A stretch of DNA of 64,000 nt from Fervidobacterium sp. GTDB taxonomy: Bacteria; Thermotogota; Thermotogae; Thermotogales; Fervidobacteriaceae. The notes beneath the pieces are model-generated. The model had not been told where the DNA came from. It saw nothing but the letters and a program-made list of their open reading frames with translations, and did no database searches. Shown piece after piece: positions 49,776 through 57,999 of the stretch. The stretch is from NCBI GenBank assembly GCA_049970055.1, contig JBMFNR010000001.1:224001-288000 (forward strand). Reading direction: 5' to 3'. Every line of letters begins with the position of its first letter. The stretch's first letter is position 1. The translations under genes and the position numbers were made by a program.

Positions 49776-50431
49776 AAGTCGTTATCATCGGTGGTGAACG
49801 CGTTCCTTACTTTTTAGCTAAGAAATTGATAATGCAAGGGTATAATGTTTATTTTGTTAACAAGAACCGTGAACTTTGCGAGGAATATTCAAGAACTTTA
49901 AATGCAGAAATCATACACGGCGATGGTACTGCTAAATCTACCTTAGACCAGATAGAGATAGAACCAGACGATATAGTCGTACTTTTAATGGAAAGAGATA
50001 GAAAAAACTTCTTTGCTGCGCGTCTTGTTCAAGAGTATTACAACGTTAAGAATGTAGTGACGCTACTTAACAATACGGAGAATGAAGATTTGTTTGAAAA
50101 GTATGGGATTCGAACATTAAAAGTTACCGATCTAATCATGAATTATATCGAACCATTGTTATTCGAAAATGAAGTAATTAGTGAACTCTCTGAAAACGTG
50201 GAGGGAAAGGGTGCAACTGTTATTAAGGTAGACATTGATTGGGATTCGAAAATTTCAAGGAAAGGTATAAAAGAGCTCAACGTTCCAGAAGATGTCGTTA
50301 TAGTAGGTATAATCAGGGCAAACAAGTATATTATTCCAAGAGGCGATACGATTATCGAGCCGGGTGATAAATTAATCGTAATTTGTAGCGAAGATAAAAG
50401 AGAAAGTGTGCAAGAATTTTTCTCTATTTAA
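49772..50431 (+). CDS. trkA: TrkA family potassium-uptake subunit (RCK_N + RCK_C)
   Basis: IIGGERV, HGDGT; C-terminal IIPRGDTIIEPGDKL. Confidence 0.85.
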   Translation: MKVVIIGGERVPYFLAKKLIMQGYNVYFVNKNRELCEEYSRTLNAEIIHGDGTAKSTLDQIEIEPDDIVVLLMERDRKNFFAARLVQEYYNVKNVVTLLNNTENEDLFEKYGIRTLKVTDLIMNYIEPLLFENEVISELSENVEGKGATVIKVDIDWDSKISRKGIKELNVPEDVVIVGIIRANKYIIPRGDTIIEPGDKLIVICSEDKRESVQEFFSI

Positions 50432-50456
50432 TGAAGTGGGAGGGAATCAAAGATTG

Positions 50457-51953
50457 ATGAAAAGATATCTTAAAATATATAGAGCTTTTTCTATGATAAT
50501 GATTCAGTATGCCTTTATTTCGCTTGTACCGTTGCTATTTTGTTTCTTTTATCCAAATGAGTTGAGGCATATCAATGGTTTTGTTATAACATCTATAGTG
50601 GCGCTTATTCTATACGTATCCGGGTACCTAATAAAAATTGAAGATTTAGGAACCATAACATACCGGGACGGTGCTGTACTAACTGTATTTACATGGCTTG
50701 TTGTTGCCTTGCTTTCGTCAATACCACACATGTTAGAAGGTCATTTAAATTTTTCGCAGGCAATATTTGAATCGGTGAGTGGACTTACGACAACAGGTTT
50801 GACGATGTATTCAGATGTTACAAAAGTTTCAAAACTTGTACTTTTCTGGCGCTCATGGACACAATACATAGGTGGAGCAGGATTTGCACTTTTAATGCTA
50901 TCGATGGTTATTGGTCCTAAGGGTGTTGGATTTTACAAAGCGGAAGGTAGAGTGGATAACTTAGTGCCCAACATAAGGCGTTCAACTCAGATTATAATTC
51001 AGATATACGTTGCTTACACTGTTGCGGGTACAATCTCTTTACGGATAGCAGGTATTGGTTGGTTTGATGCTTTGAATCATACGATGACGGCCCTTGCCAC
51101 GGGAGGCTTTTCTACAAAAAATGGTAGTATTGGAGAATTTCACAATCTTGCTGCAGAAATAATAATTATGATATTAATGTTTCTTGGCGCAACAGGTTTT
51201 GCGATCCATTACGCTTTTTGGAAAGGAAATTGGAGGGCGGTTTTAAGAAACGGCGAACCTTGGCTTATGATATCTTCAATTTTAGTTTTTGGAATATCTA
51301 CGGCTCTTAGTGGTGTTGGTAAGTATTTTCCAAACTTTTTGAATGCACTGAGGTACACCACATTTCAGGTAATATCTGCGATTTCAGGGACCGGATTTCA
51401 AACACTTCCACTGAACGAACAAAAGTGGTTTTCTTTCTCACCACTCATCTTATCGCTCATTGTTCTAATGGTTGCGGGCGGCGATATGGACTCCACGGCA
51501 GGTGGTATTAAACAATTTCGTATATGGATTATACTAAACACTATTTGGGAATCAACTAAAAACTTCTTATTGCCGAAAAGCAGGGTAAAAACAAGGATTA
51601 TATACAAAGGTGAACAACAATTGGTTCTATCATCTGATAGTATGAGAGAAGCTTTGATCATTCTTTTCTTGTACATCTTTGCATTGATAATCGGTTCATT
51701 CATCTTGACGTTGCATGGTTACGATATGGGGCATTCGATCTTTGAGTTTGCCTCTGCTATGGACGGCGTGGGACTTTCTTCGGGGCTGACCTCTCCTGAT
51801 ATGCCTTTAACTGCTATGTGGACGTTGACTTTGGGAATGTTCACAGGAAGGTTTGAATTTTTGATAATTATTTACGCGTTATCGAAAGTTATCTCAGATG
51901 TTAGAATATCTTTAAAGGACAAATTAAGGTCAAATAATTATCCACAGAGGTGA
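50457..51953 (+). CDS. trkH: TrkH family potassium transporter
   Basis: FESVSGLTTTG, ATGGFS, SGTGF, STAGGIK, M..GRFE; many TM helices. Confidence 0.9.
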   Translation: MKRYLKIYRAFSMIMIQYAFISLVPLLFCFFYPNELRHINGFVITSIVALILYVSGYLIKIEDLGTITYRDGAVLTVFTWLVVALLSSIPHMLEGHLNFSQAIFESVSGLTTTGLTMYSDVTKVSKLVLFWRSWTQYIGGAGFALLMLSMVIGPKGVGFYKAEGRVDNLVPNIRRSTQIIIQIYVAYTVAGTISLRIAGIGWFDALNHTMTALATGGFSTKNGSIGEFHNLAAEIIIMILMFLGATGFAIHYAFWKGNWRAVLRNGEPWLMISSILVFGISTALSGVGKYFPNFLNALRYTTFQVISAISGTGFQTLPLNEQKWFSFSPLILSLIVLMVAGGDMDSTAGGIKQFRIWIILNTIWESTKNFLLPKSRVKTRIIYKGEQQLVLSSDSMREALIILFLYIFALIIGSFILTLHGYDMGHSIFEFASAMDGVGLSSGLTSPDMPLTAMWTLTLGMFTGRFEFLIIIYALSKVISDVRISLKDKLRSNNYPQR

Positions 51954-51958
51954 TACTT

Positions 51959-52549
51959 TTGTCAAACCGTGCGATGCTTTACATTTTGATATTCATTGTT
52001 CTATTTTTCTTATTAATCGATCTGACAACTCTATTTTTTAGAGGACCTAACTTTGATGTAGTTTTCTACAATTCAGATGTCTTTTTTGATTATTCAGAAG
52101 TAGCAACGATTACAACGGTGAGTGGATTGAAGTTCAAATCCAATAAGAAAAAAGACGACTACTTGAAGGTTTATAAGGACACTTCAAGACAGACCTTTGA
52201 GAAATATTTTTCAGAAGTGTCAAAAGAAATAAACAAGAATATCCAAGTAGTGGATGTTAAGTACTCTTGGAAAGATAGGGAAGGTATACTTGAAATAACC
52301 GAGAGTGTTACTTTAAAAGGTCTGGTAAGCTCAAAGGAGGAAAACGGAACCAAGGTGTATACAGTTGGAATGGGAAGAATAAAGATGAACGCAGTTGGAA
52401 ATGCCAATTTGAAATTACATATACCTCAAGGTTCAATAGTCCTAAGTGTTGAACCAACACCGACGGTTCAAAATGGCGATTTTCTTCTGTGGTCAAACGA
52501 AGATATAATCTTTTTCCCAGAAGTATCGTTCAAAAGGAGCGAGGGTTGA
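51959..52549 (+). CDS. Hypothetical N-anchored protein (DUF4897-like)
   Basis: N-terminal TM; SVEPTP...LLW C-terminus; family assignment from recall only. Confidence 0.5.
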   Translation: MSNRAMLYILIFIVLFFLLIDLTTLFFRGPNFDVVFYNSDVFFDYSEVATITTVSGLKFKSNKKKDDYLKVYKDTSRQTFEKYFSEVSKEINKNIQVVDVKYSWKDREGILEITESVTLKGLVSSKEENGTKVYTVGMGRIKMNAVGNANLKLHIPQGSIVLSVEPTPTVQNGDFLLWSNEDIIFFPEVSFKRSEG

Positions 52550-53094
52550 TGAGTGTAATTAATTGGTTAGTTGTATTATCCACTCTTGGAACATTGCTGT
52601 TGCTTTGGGCACTGTTCATTGTTCAAAATTTCAATAAAAACCATGAAAAAACTCCTATTGATGAGGAAGAAGAAAGACTTGTTGAATTAATGGGAAAAGT
52701 TAGAATATTTGTTGATTCAAAAATTGAGCAGTTAGACGAAAAGATGGAGGAGGTTAGAAATTTAATCAAAGAACTTAATGATCAGTATATAATGATTTCT
52801 ACACTGAGTCTGGAAAAAGTTAGTAATATTGAACAACGTATGCAAGATTTTAACCCGGGAGATAACGAAAAAGAAAAGCAAGTAAAATTTGAAAAATCAA
52901 CCGAAGCTAATGGTTTTAACCTTATTGAAGAAAAAATCGAAGATAAAGATCATAAAAACAATGAAAGCTTGGAAAGCAAAATATACGACATGTACCTTTC
53001 AGGTATGGAACCTATCGAGATAGCCAAGTCACTGAAAATGGGTCTAGGAGAAGTGCAACTCGTTCTTGATTTGATGAAAAGGCAAAAAAGTTAA
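52549..53094 (+). CDS. Membrane-anchored coiled-coil protein with C-terminal HTH-like motif (SwrB/DUF6115-like)
   Basis: TM, coiled coil, IYDMYLSGMEPIEIAKSLKMGLGEVQLVL. Confidence 0.55.
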   Translation: MSVINWLVVLSTLGTLLLLWALFIVQNFNKNHEKTPIDEEEERLVELMGKVRIFVDSKIEQLDEKMEEVRNLIKELNDQYIMISTLSLEKVSNIEQRMQDFNPGDNEKEKQVKFEKSTEANGFNLIEEKIEDKDHKNNESLESKIYDMYLSGMEPIEIAKSLKMGLGEVQLVLDLMKRQKS

Positions 53095-53124
53095 TCTCTT
53101 TAGTTATTTTGAGGAGGTGTTCAT

Positions 53125-53643
53125 ATGCATGGTGAACATCCGTACGTAAAGTGGGCAATTGAGGTTATTGAGAGCTATGTACGATACAGAAAGGTGATTG
53201 AACCACATAAAGATCTTCCAAAGGAGCTTTTCGAACGTAGAGCTGGTACGTTCGTAACGCTGCATAACCTTGATGGATCTTTGAGAGGCTGCATTGGGAC
53301 CTTTATTCCCATTAGGGAAAACCTAGCTTACGAAATTCGTGATAACGCGATATCGTCGGCCACAAAAGATCCAAGATTTCCACCTGTCAGTCCAGATGAA
53401 TTGGAAAACATTGTAGTTAATGTTGATGTGCTCAGCCCTTTTGAACCAGTTAAGAGTATCGATGAGCTTGATCCCAAAAAATACGGAATAATAGTTCAAA
53501 GGGGATTTAGGCGTGGATTACTTTTGCCAGACATTGAAGGCGTTGATAGTGTTGAAGAACAAATACGTATTGCTAAGTTAAAAGCCGGGATTTTTGATGA
53601 CAATTTTGAAATTTTTAAATTCACCGTGGAAAGGTATAGGTGA
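53125..53643 (+). CDS. AMMECR1 domain protein (AmmeMemoRadiSam protein A)
   Basis: GTFVTL, LRGCIGT, DPRFPPV, RGLLLP. Confidence 0.9.
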   Translation: MHGEHPYVKWAIEVIESYVRYRKVIEPHKDLPKELFERRAGTFVTLHNLDGSLRGCIGTFIPIRENLAYEIRDNAISSATKDPRFPPVSPDELENIVVNVDVLSPFEPVKSIDELDPKKYGIIVQRGFRRGLLLPDIEGVDSVEEQIRIAKLKAGIFDDNFEIFKFTVERYR

Positions 53644-54893
53644 TAAGTGTGAGTGGTGAGCTCAACGGTAAGGTATCGAAGTTTACTTTTGAGAATGTAA
53701 AAGACATAATTTTGCTTTCTTTTGGTTCATTTGGCCTGTGTTTTATGCTAAGTGTATACATAGTCAAAATATCGAGAATATTTGTTGAAAACAATTTTGC
53801 TCTTTCCGTAGGAATTCCGACTTTATTTTCTGAAGTTCTGTTTCTCGTTATTTTTGCTCCTTTTTTTGCGTACATGTACGGGATTACAAGAACTAAAATT
53901 GGACGACGTACGCCTTACTTACTTACTTTTGGTGTTTTGTCGTCATTCTTTATGGCTTTGGTAGAGAAAATAGGAGTTAAATCTTTATTTGAAGCAACGT
54001 TGTCAGTGCTTTTACTCAACTTTGCTTTGTTTTCGTATACTCTGGCATTCGTAGGACTTTTAAAAGACAAATCGACCTATTATGTGAAAGATATATTGAT
54101 ATTTCAGGTTAGGTTGTGGGGCTTTATTGGCACGTTTTTGGGTTTTACATATTTAATAAAATATAATTACACTGGTAACGAAATGATTGTTGCAAGTTTT
54201 GTTTTTATCATATCGGTGATTGTAGTATCGCTTTTCGTGGTAGAAGATAAAAAGTACAAAGTAAAAATGTTAAAAAGTGAGAAACCTGAAAGTAATTACC
54301 GCTTAAGTATGCTATTTAGACATTTTGTAATGACGAAGAAAGATGTGGAAAGAGCCTTGGTGTTTTCCTTAATAGCTGTCCAAGAAACTTTTATCATTTA
54401 CTTTTTAAAAGATTTTCCCTTCAGACACAGCGTTTATGCACTCATCTTGTTCATGGCAGGGACTATTTCGTATTATATGATTTATATTTTTTCAAAAAAA
54501 TTGAGAGATACTATGACTAAAAGCTGGTTAGAAATCTTCTCGATTCTTCTTGTTGCACTTTTTTATATACTTTTTTACACACTTCACCAATATAAGGCGA
54601 TAAATGCAATCGTTGGTATTCAATTTATTGTGGGAACACTTTTTGGTATTGTAATTGAGAAATATCTTGGGTTTGTAATACCTGGAAGGTGTGAATGGTT
54701 TATTATATATTCACACTTGACCGAAAATGACACACTGAAATTTGATGTAAAAAAATTGCAATTTCTACTATTTTCGTTTATACTTATTATAGCTTTCGCC
54801 GTCATATTTGATTTCGTCGGTTCAAAGAACGTAAGCCTGATTTACGCAAGTTTTCTTATATCTTTATTGTTACTAAGGATCAACAAAACATAG
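53640..54893 (+). CDS. Divergent MFS-like membrane protein
   Basis: About 12 hydrophobic segments; TRTKIGRRTPY loop motif. Confidence 0.55.
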   Translation: MISVSGELNGKVSKFTFENVKDIILLSFGSFGLCFMLSVYIVKISRIFVENNFALSVGIPTLFSEVLFLVIFAPFFAYMYGITRTKIGRRTPYLLTFGVLSSFFMALVEKIGVKSLFEATLSVLLLNFALFSYTLAFVGLLKDKSTYYVKDILIFQVRLWGFIGTFLGFTYLIKYNYTGNEMIVASFVFIISVIVVSLFVVEDKKYKVKMLKSEKPESNYRLSMLFRHFVMTKKDVERALVFSLIAVQETFIIYFLKDFPFRHSVYALILFMAGTISYYMIYIFSKKLRDTMTKSWLEIFSILLVALFYILFYTLHQYKAINAIVGIQFIVGTLFGIVIEKYLGFVIPGRCEWFIIYSHLTENDTLKFDVKKLQFLLFSFILIIAFAVIFDFVGSKNVSLIYASFLISLLLLRINKT

Positions 54894-54941
54894 ACGAACA
54901 CAGACAAAACACAGAGAAATATATTATGCGAGGTGACCGTT

Positions 54942-55769
54942 TTGATAAAACCTGGGGATAGAGTTGTATTATACGGGGAAGATGGGAAGAAGTTTATAAT
55001 TAGAGTTGAAGAAGGTGGTAAAAAAGGTACGCATCTTGGTGTTATAGAGTTTAACGAGATTATAGGTAAAGAGTTTGGAGATATAGTGATGATTGGAAAA
55101 ACGAAAAAATCTTATTATATTCTACCACCGACATACATAGATGACATATTCTCAATGAAAAGAAAAACGCAGATCATTTATCCCAAAGACTCGAGCTATA
55201 TTCTAATGAAATTAGACATAAAACCTGGAAGTAAGGTTATAGATACAGGTGTTGGAAGTGGAGCTATGTGTGCAGCAATGGCAAGACTAGTTGGCGAAAA
55301 CGGGAAGGTTTACGCTTACGAAAGAAGAGAAGATTTTTATAACCTTGCTCTCAATAATCTTAATGAGTGGGGGCTTGCTGGAAGGGTAGAGCTTATACTA
55401 AAAGATATATCGATTGGATTTGACCATTCCAATGTTGATGCACTACTACTTGATGTTCCAGATCCGGAAAATTATGTTCACCTGTGCTGGGAAGCACTTG
55501 CGGGTGGCGGAAGGCTTGGAATAATTTGTCCAACCACGAACCAAGTTTCAATGGTTCTTGAAAGACTTTACGAGTACCCATTCATCGATGTTGAAGTATG
55601 GGAATCATTGATGAGACAATACAAACCGTATCCGAATAGATTGAGGCCAGTTGATAGGATGGTTGCACATACAACATTCATGGTTTTTGCTAGAAAGGTA
55701 AATAAATTTATTCCCAAAATATGTGATGCGCAGAATATTAAAAATCAAAATGACACCGAAAAGGAGTGA
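54942..55769 (+). CDS. trmI: tRNA (adenine58-N1)-methyltransferase
   Basis: TQIIYPKD, DTGVGSGA, YERREDF, LDVPDP, RMVAHT. Confidence 0.9.
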   Translation: MIKPGDRVVLYGEDGKKFIIRVEEGGKKGTHLGVIEFNEIIGKEFGDIVMIGKTKKSYYILPPTYIDDIFSMKRKTQIIYPKDSSYILMKLDIKPGSKVIDTGVGSGAMCAAMARLVGENGKVYAYERREDFYNLALNNLNEWGLAGRVELILKDISIGFDHSNVDALLLDVPDPENYVHLCWEALAGGGRLGIICPTTNQVSMVLERLYEYPFIDVEVWESLMRQYKPYPNRLRPVDRMVAHTTFMVFARKVNKFIPKICDAQNIKNQNDTEKE

Positions 55770-55775
55770 GAACGT

Positions 55776-56990
55776 ATGAAGAATGTTTTTAAGGGTATCT
55801 TATCGTACATATTTGTAGCAATTGTTGTTATTATTTCAAGTGTAATATTATCTGGTGCTACCGATACTCAGCTACTTAATTATATAACTCCCTTATATGA
55901 AACTCTTTACAGGATAAATGCTAACTATTATGAGATCGACAAGGTAGATTACAATAAATTAATTGACTCCGCAATCGATGGTATGGTGAAGGGACTCGGT
56001 GATGATTTCAGTTATTATTACCCAGCTAGTCAGATGGAAGAACAACAAATTGAAATGGAAGGGCAATACGGAGGACTTGGTATAGAGGTAACATACGATA
56101 GCGAAAATCGTGCAGTGAAAATTATCAGCCCGATGTATGGAACACCTGCGTGGAGGGCTGGGTTGCAAGCAGGAGATCTAATAATTGGTATAAATGATGA
56201 ACCAGTGAGTGAAATGGAATATATGGAAGCGATAAACAAAATGCGCGGAAAACCTGGAACGGAAGTTAAGTTAACTATAAAAAGAGGAAAAGATATAATT
56301 GAAGTAAAACTCGTCAGAGAAATCATTCAGATAGTGCCGGTGAAATCTGGGATAACGACTTACAATGGTAAGAAAGTAGGATACATCTTACTAACGAAAT
56401 TTAATGAACCAGTACCAACGGAACTACAAAGGGCGTTGCGAAAGCTGTACGATCAAAATATACAAGCTCTGATACTTGATCTTAGAAATAACCCGGGCGG
56501 GCTACTTGATGTTGCAATACAGGTTTCCAATTATTTCTTAGATGCGGGTAAGGTGATTGTATCTGTTAAAGACAGGAATGGAAAGATAACAGATAGATAC
56601 ATAAGTCAAGGTAACAATTACCCAAATGTTCCGATGGCTGTACTTATTAACAATGGTTCAGCTTCAGCTTCTGAAATAGTTTCCGCGGCTTTGAAAGAAA
56701 ATGGAAGAGCTACTTTAATAGGTCAAAAAACATTTGGGAAAGGTTCCGTTCAAAGAGGTTTTCCACTAAGTAATGGTGGAACAGTCTTCCTTACGATCGC
56801 ACATTATCTTACCCCGTCTGGTAAGGATATTCATAAAGTTGGTATAGAGCCTAATGTAGTAGTTCAGGAAGCAACATCCACATCGAGAAAAGTTGAAGCA
56901 AAAGTGTACACATTGACAGACATAGAGGTCGACAAGGACGATCCGGTAATAAAAGCGGCACTTGAAAAGTTAACTGGTGCAACTAAGTGA
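55776..56990 (+). CDS. ctpA: Carboxyl-terminal processing protease (S41A, PDZ)
   Basis: GGLGI PDZ, LDLRNNPGG, SASASEI, TFGKGSVQ. Confidence 0.9.
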   Translation: MKNVFKGILSYIFVAIVVIISSVILSGATDTQLLNYITPLYETLYRINANYYEIDKVDYNKLIDSAIDGMVKGLGDDFSYYYPASQMEEQQIEMEGQYGGLGIEVTYDSENRAVKIISPMYGTPAWRAGLQAGDLIIGINDEPVSEMEYMEAINKMRGKPGTEVKLTIKRGKDIIEVKLVREIIQIVPVKSGITTYNGKKVGYILLTKFNEPVPTELQRALRKLYDQNIQALILDLRNNPGGLLDVAIQVSNYFLDAGKVIVSVKDRNGKITDRYISQGNNYPNVPMAVLINNGSASASEIVSAALKENGRATLIGQKTFGKGSVQRGFPLSNGGTVFLTIAHYLTPSGKDIHKVGIEPNVVVQEATSTSRKVEAKVYTLTDIEVDKDDPVIKAALEKLTGATK

Positions 56991-57001
56991 TGATCTAAGG
57001 G

Positions 57002-57523
57002 ATGAAAGCTGAATTTTACGCTGTAATTCTGTTTTTTGTTTCGGCGATTTTTGTACTTGTTCTTTTTTCTGGAAAGAAATTATCAGTTGAGGAGGAGGTA
57101 TTGCCTTCTCCCTTTCTTTCTGTAGAAAATCCATATGAAAATGATATAAGAAAAAAGGTTAATGAAATCAACAGACAGTTATTTTTTTTAGAATACGGAA
57201 AAACAATTCCTCAAAATGTCGGTCCAGAAGAAATCGAAAAAATAATTTTTAGTATAGAAGACATAAGGGCAAAGAAAGAGGTTATAAAACGGATAAGAAA
57301 ATATTGGTGGGGTTCCGGAATAGAGGAAATAACGTTCAGAATAAAACATATAGAAATCAAATGGTATCCCATTGTAAGAGTATCTGAAAATGTTAAGACG
57401 ACATTTGCTGAAGCTTTGTATGATGCATTGAATGGTAAAATATCTGCTTTCTATGTTGGTAATTCAGATATGCACGTAATAAAAGAAGTCGCAAAAAAGT
57501 ATAAAGTAGCAGTGGAATATTAA
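57002..57523 (+). CDS. Hypothetical N-anchored protein
   Basis: 173-aa ORF in operon orientation with N-terminal hydrophobic helix. Confidence 0.6.
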   Translation: MKAEFYAVILFFVSAIFVLVLFSGKKLSVEEEVLPSPFLSVENPYENDIRKKVNEINRQLFFLEYGKTIPQNVGPEEIEKIIFSIEDIRAKKEVIKRIRKYWWGSGIEEITFRIKHIEIKWYPIVRVSENVKTTFAEALYDALNGKISAFYVGNSDMHVIKEVAKKYKVAVEY

Positions 57524-57597
57524 CTTTTATTAACTTTTAGTGACCTTTAATAATACTTAATGACACGTAAATTATGCGCGTAGCGAGGTGCAGCCAA

Positions 57598-57996
57598 TTG
57601 AAAAATAAGATATCTTCGGAAATGATCAAGTCGATATTGGCATTACTAATCACTGTCTTTGTATACATTTGGTCGGCTGAAAAACTTCACCTTGGTATAT
57701 TCTTGTTGGATAATTACATTTTCAACTTTTTCATACTTTACGTTCCGACGCTTGTATTTTTTTCGAGTATGTTTTTAACTTTAGATGATGTTTTCAAAGA
57801 AGTTCAAAGGATAATAGCGTATTCGTTTGTACCGATCCTAGCATTTCGGATTGGTTGGTATGGTTACTCTTTTTACTTTTCATTTGTTGTATGCTATGTA
57901 CTTTCCAACATTGTTTTTCCAAAATTTTCAAAACGGTACCCAATAATAATATTCAACGGAATTGCTCTGATACTATTTTTAATCTGGAGGGTTTAG
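57598..57996 (+). CDS. Hypothetical small integral membrane protein
   Basis: 4-5 hydrophobic segments; TTG after GAGGTG; ends 3 nt before the MMPL gene. Confidence 0.6.
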   Translation: MKNKISSEMIKSILALLITVFVYIWSAEKLHLGIFLLDNYIFNFFILYVPTLVFFSSMFLTLDDVFKEVQRIIAYSFVPILAFRIGWYGYSFYFSFVVCYVLSNIVFPKFSKRYPIIIFNGIALILFLIWRV

Positions 57997-57999
57997 AAG

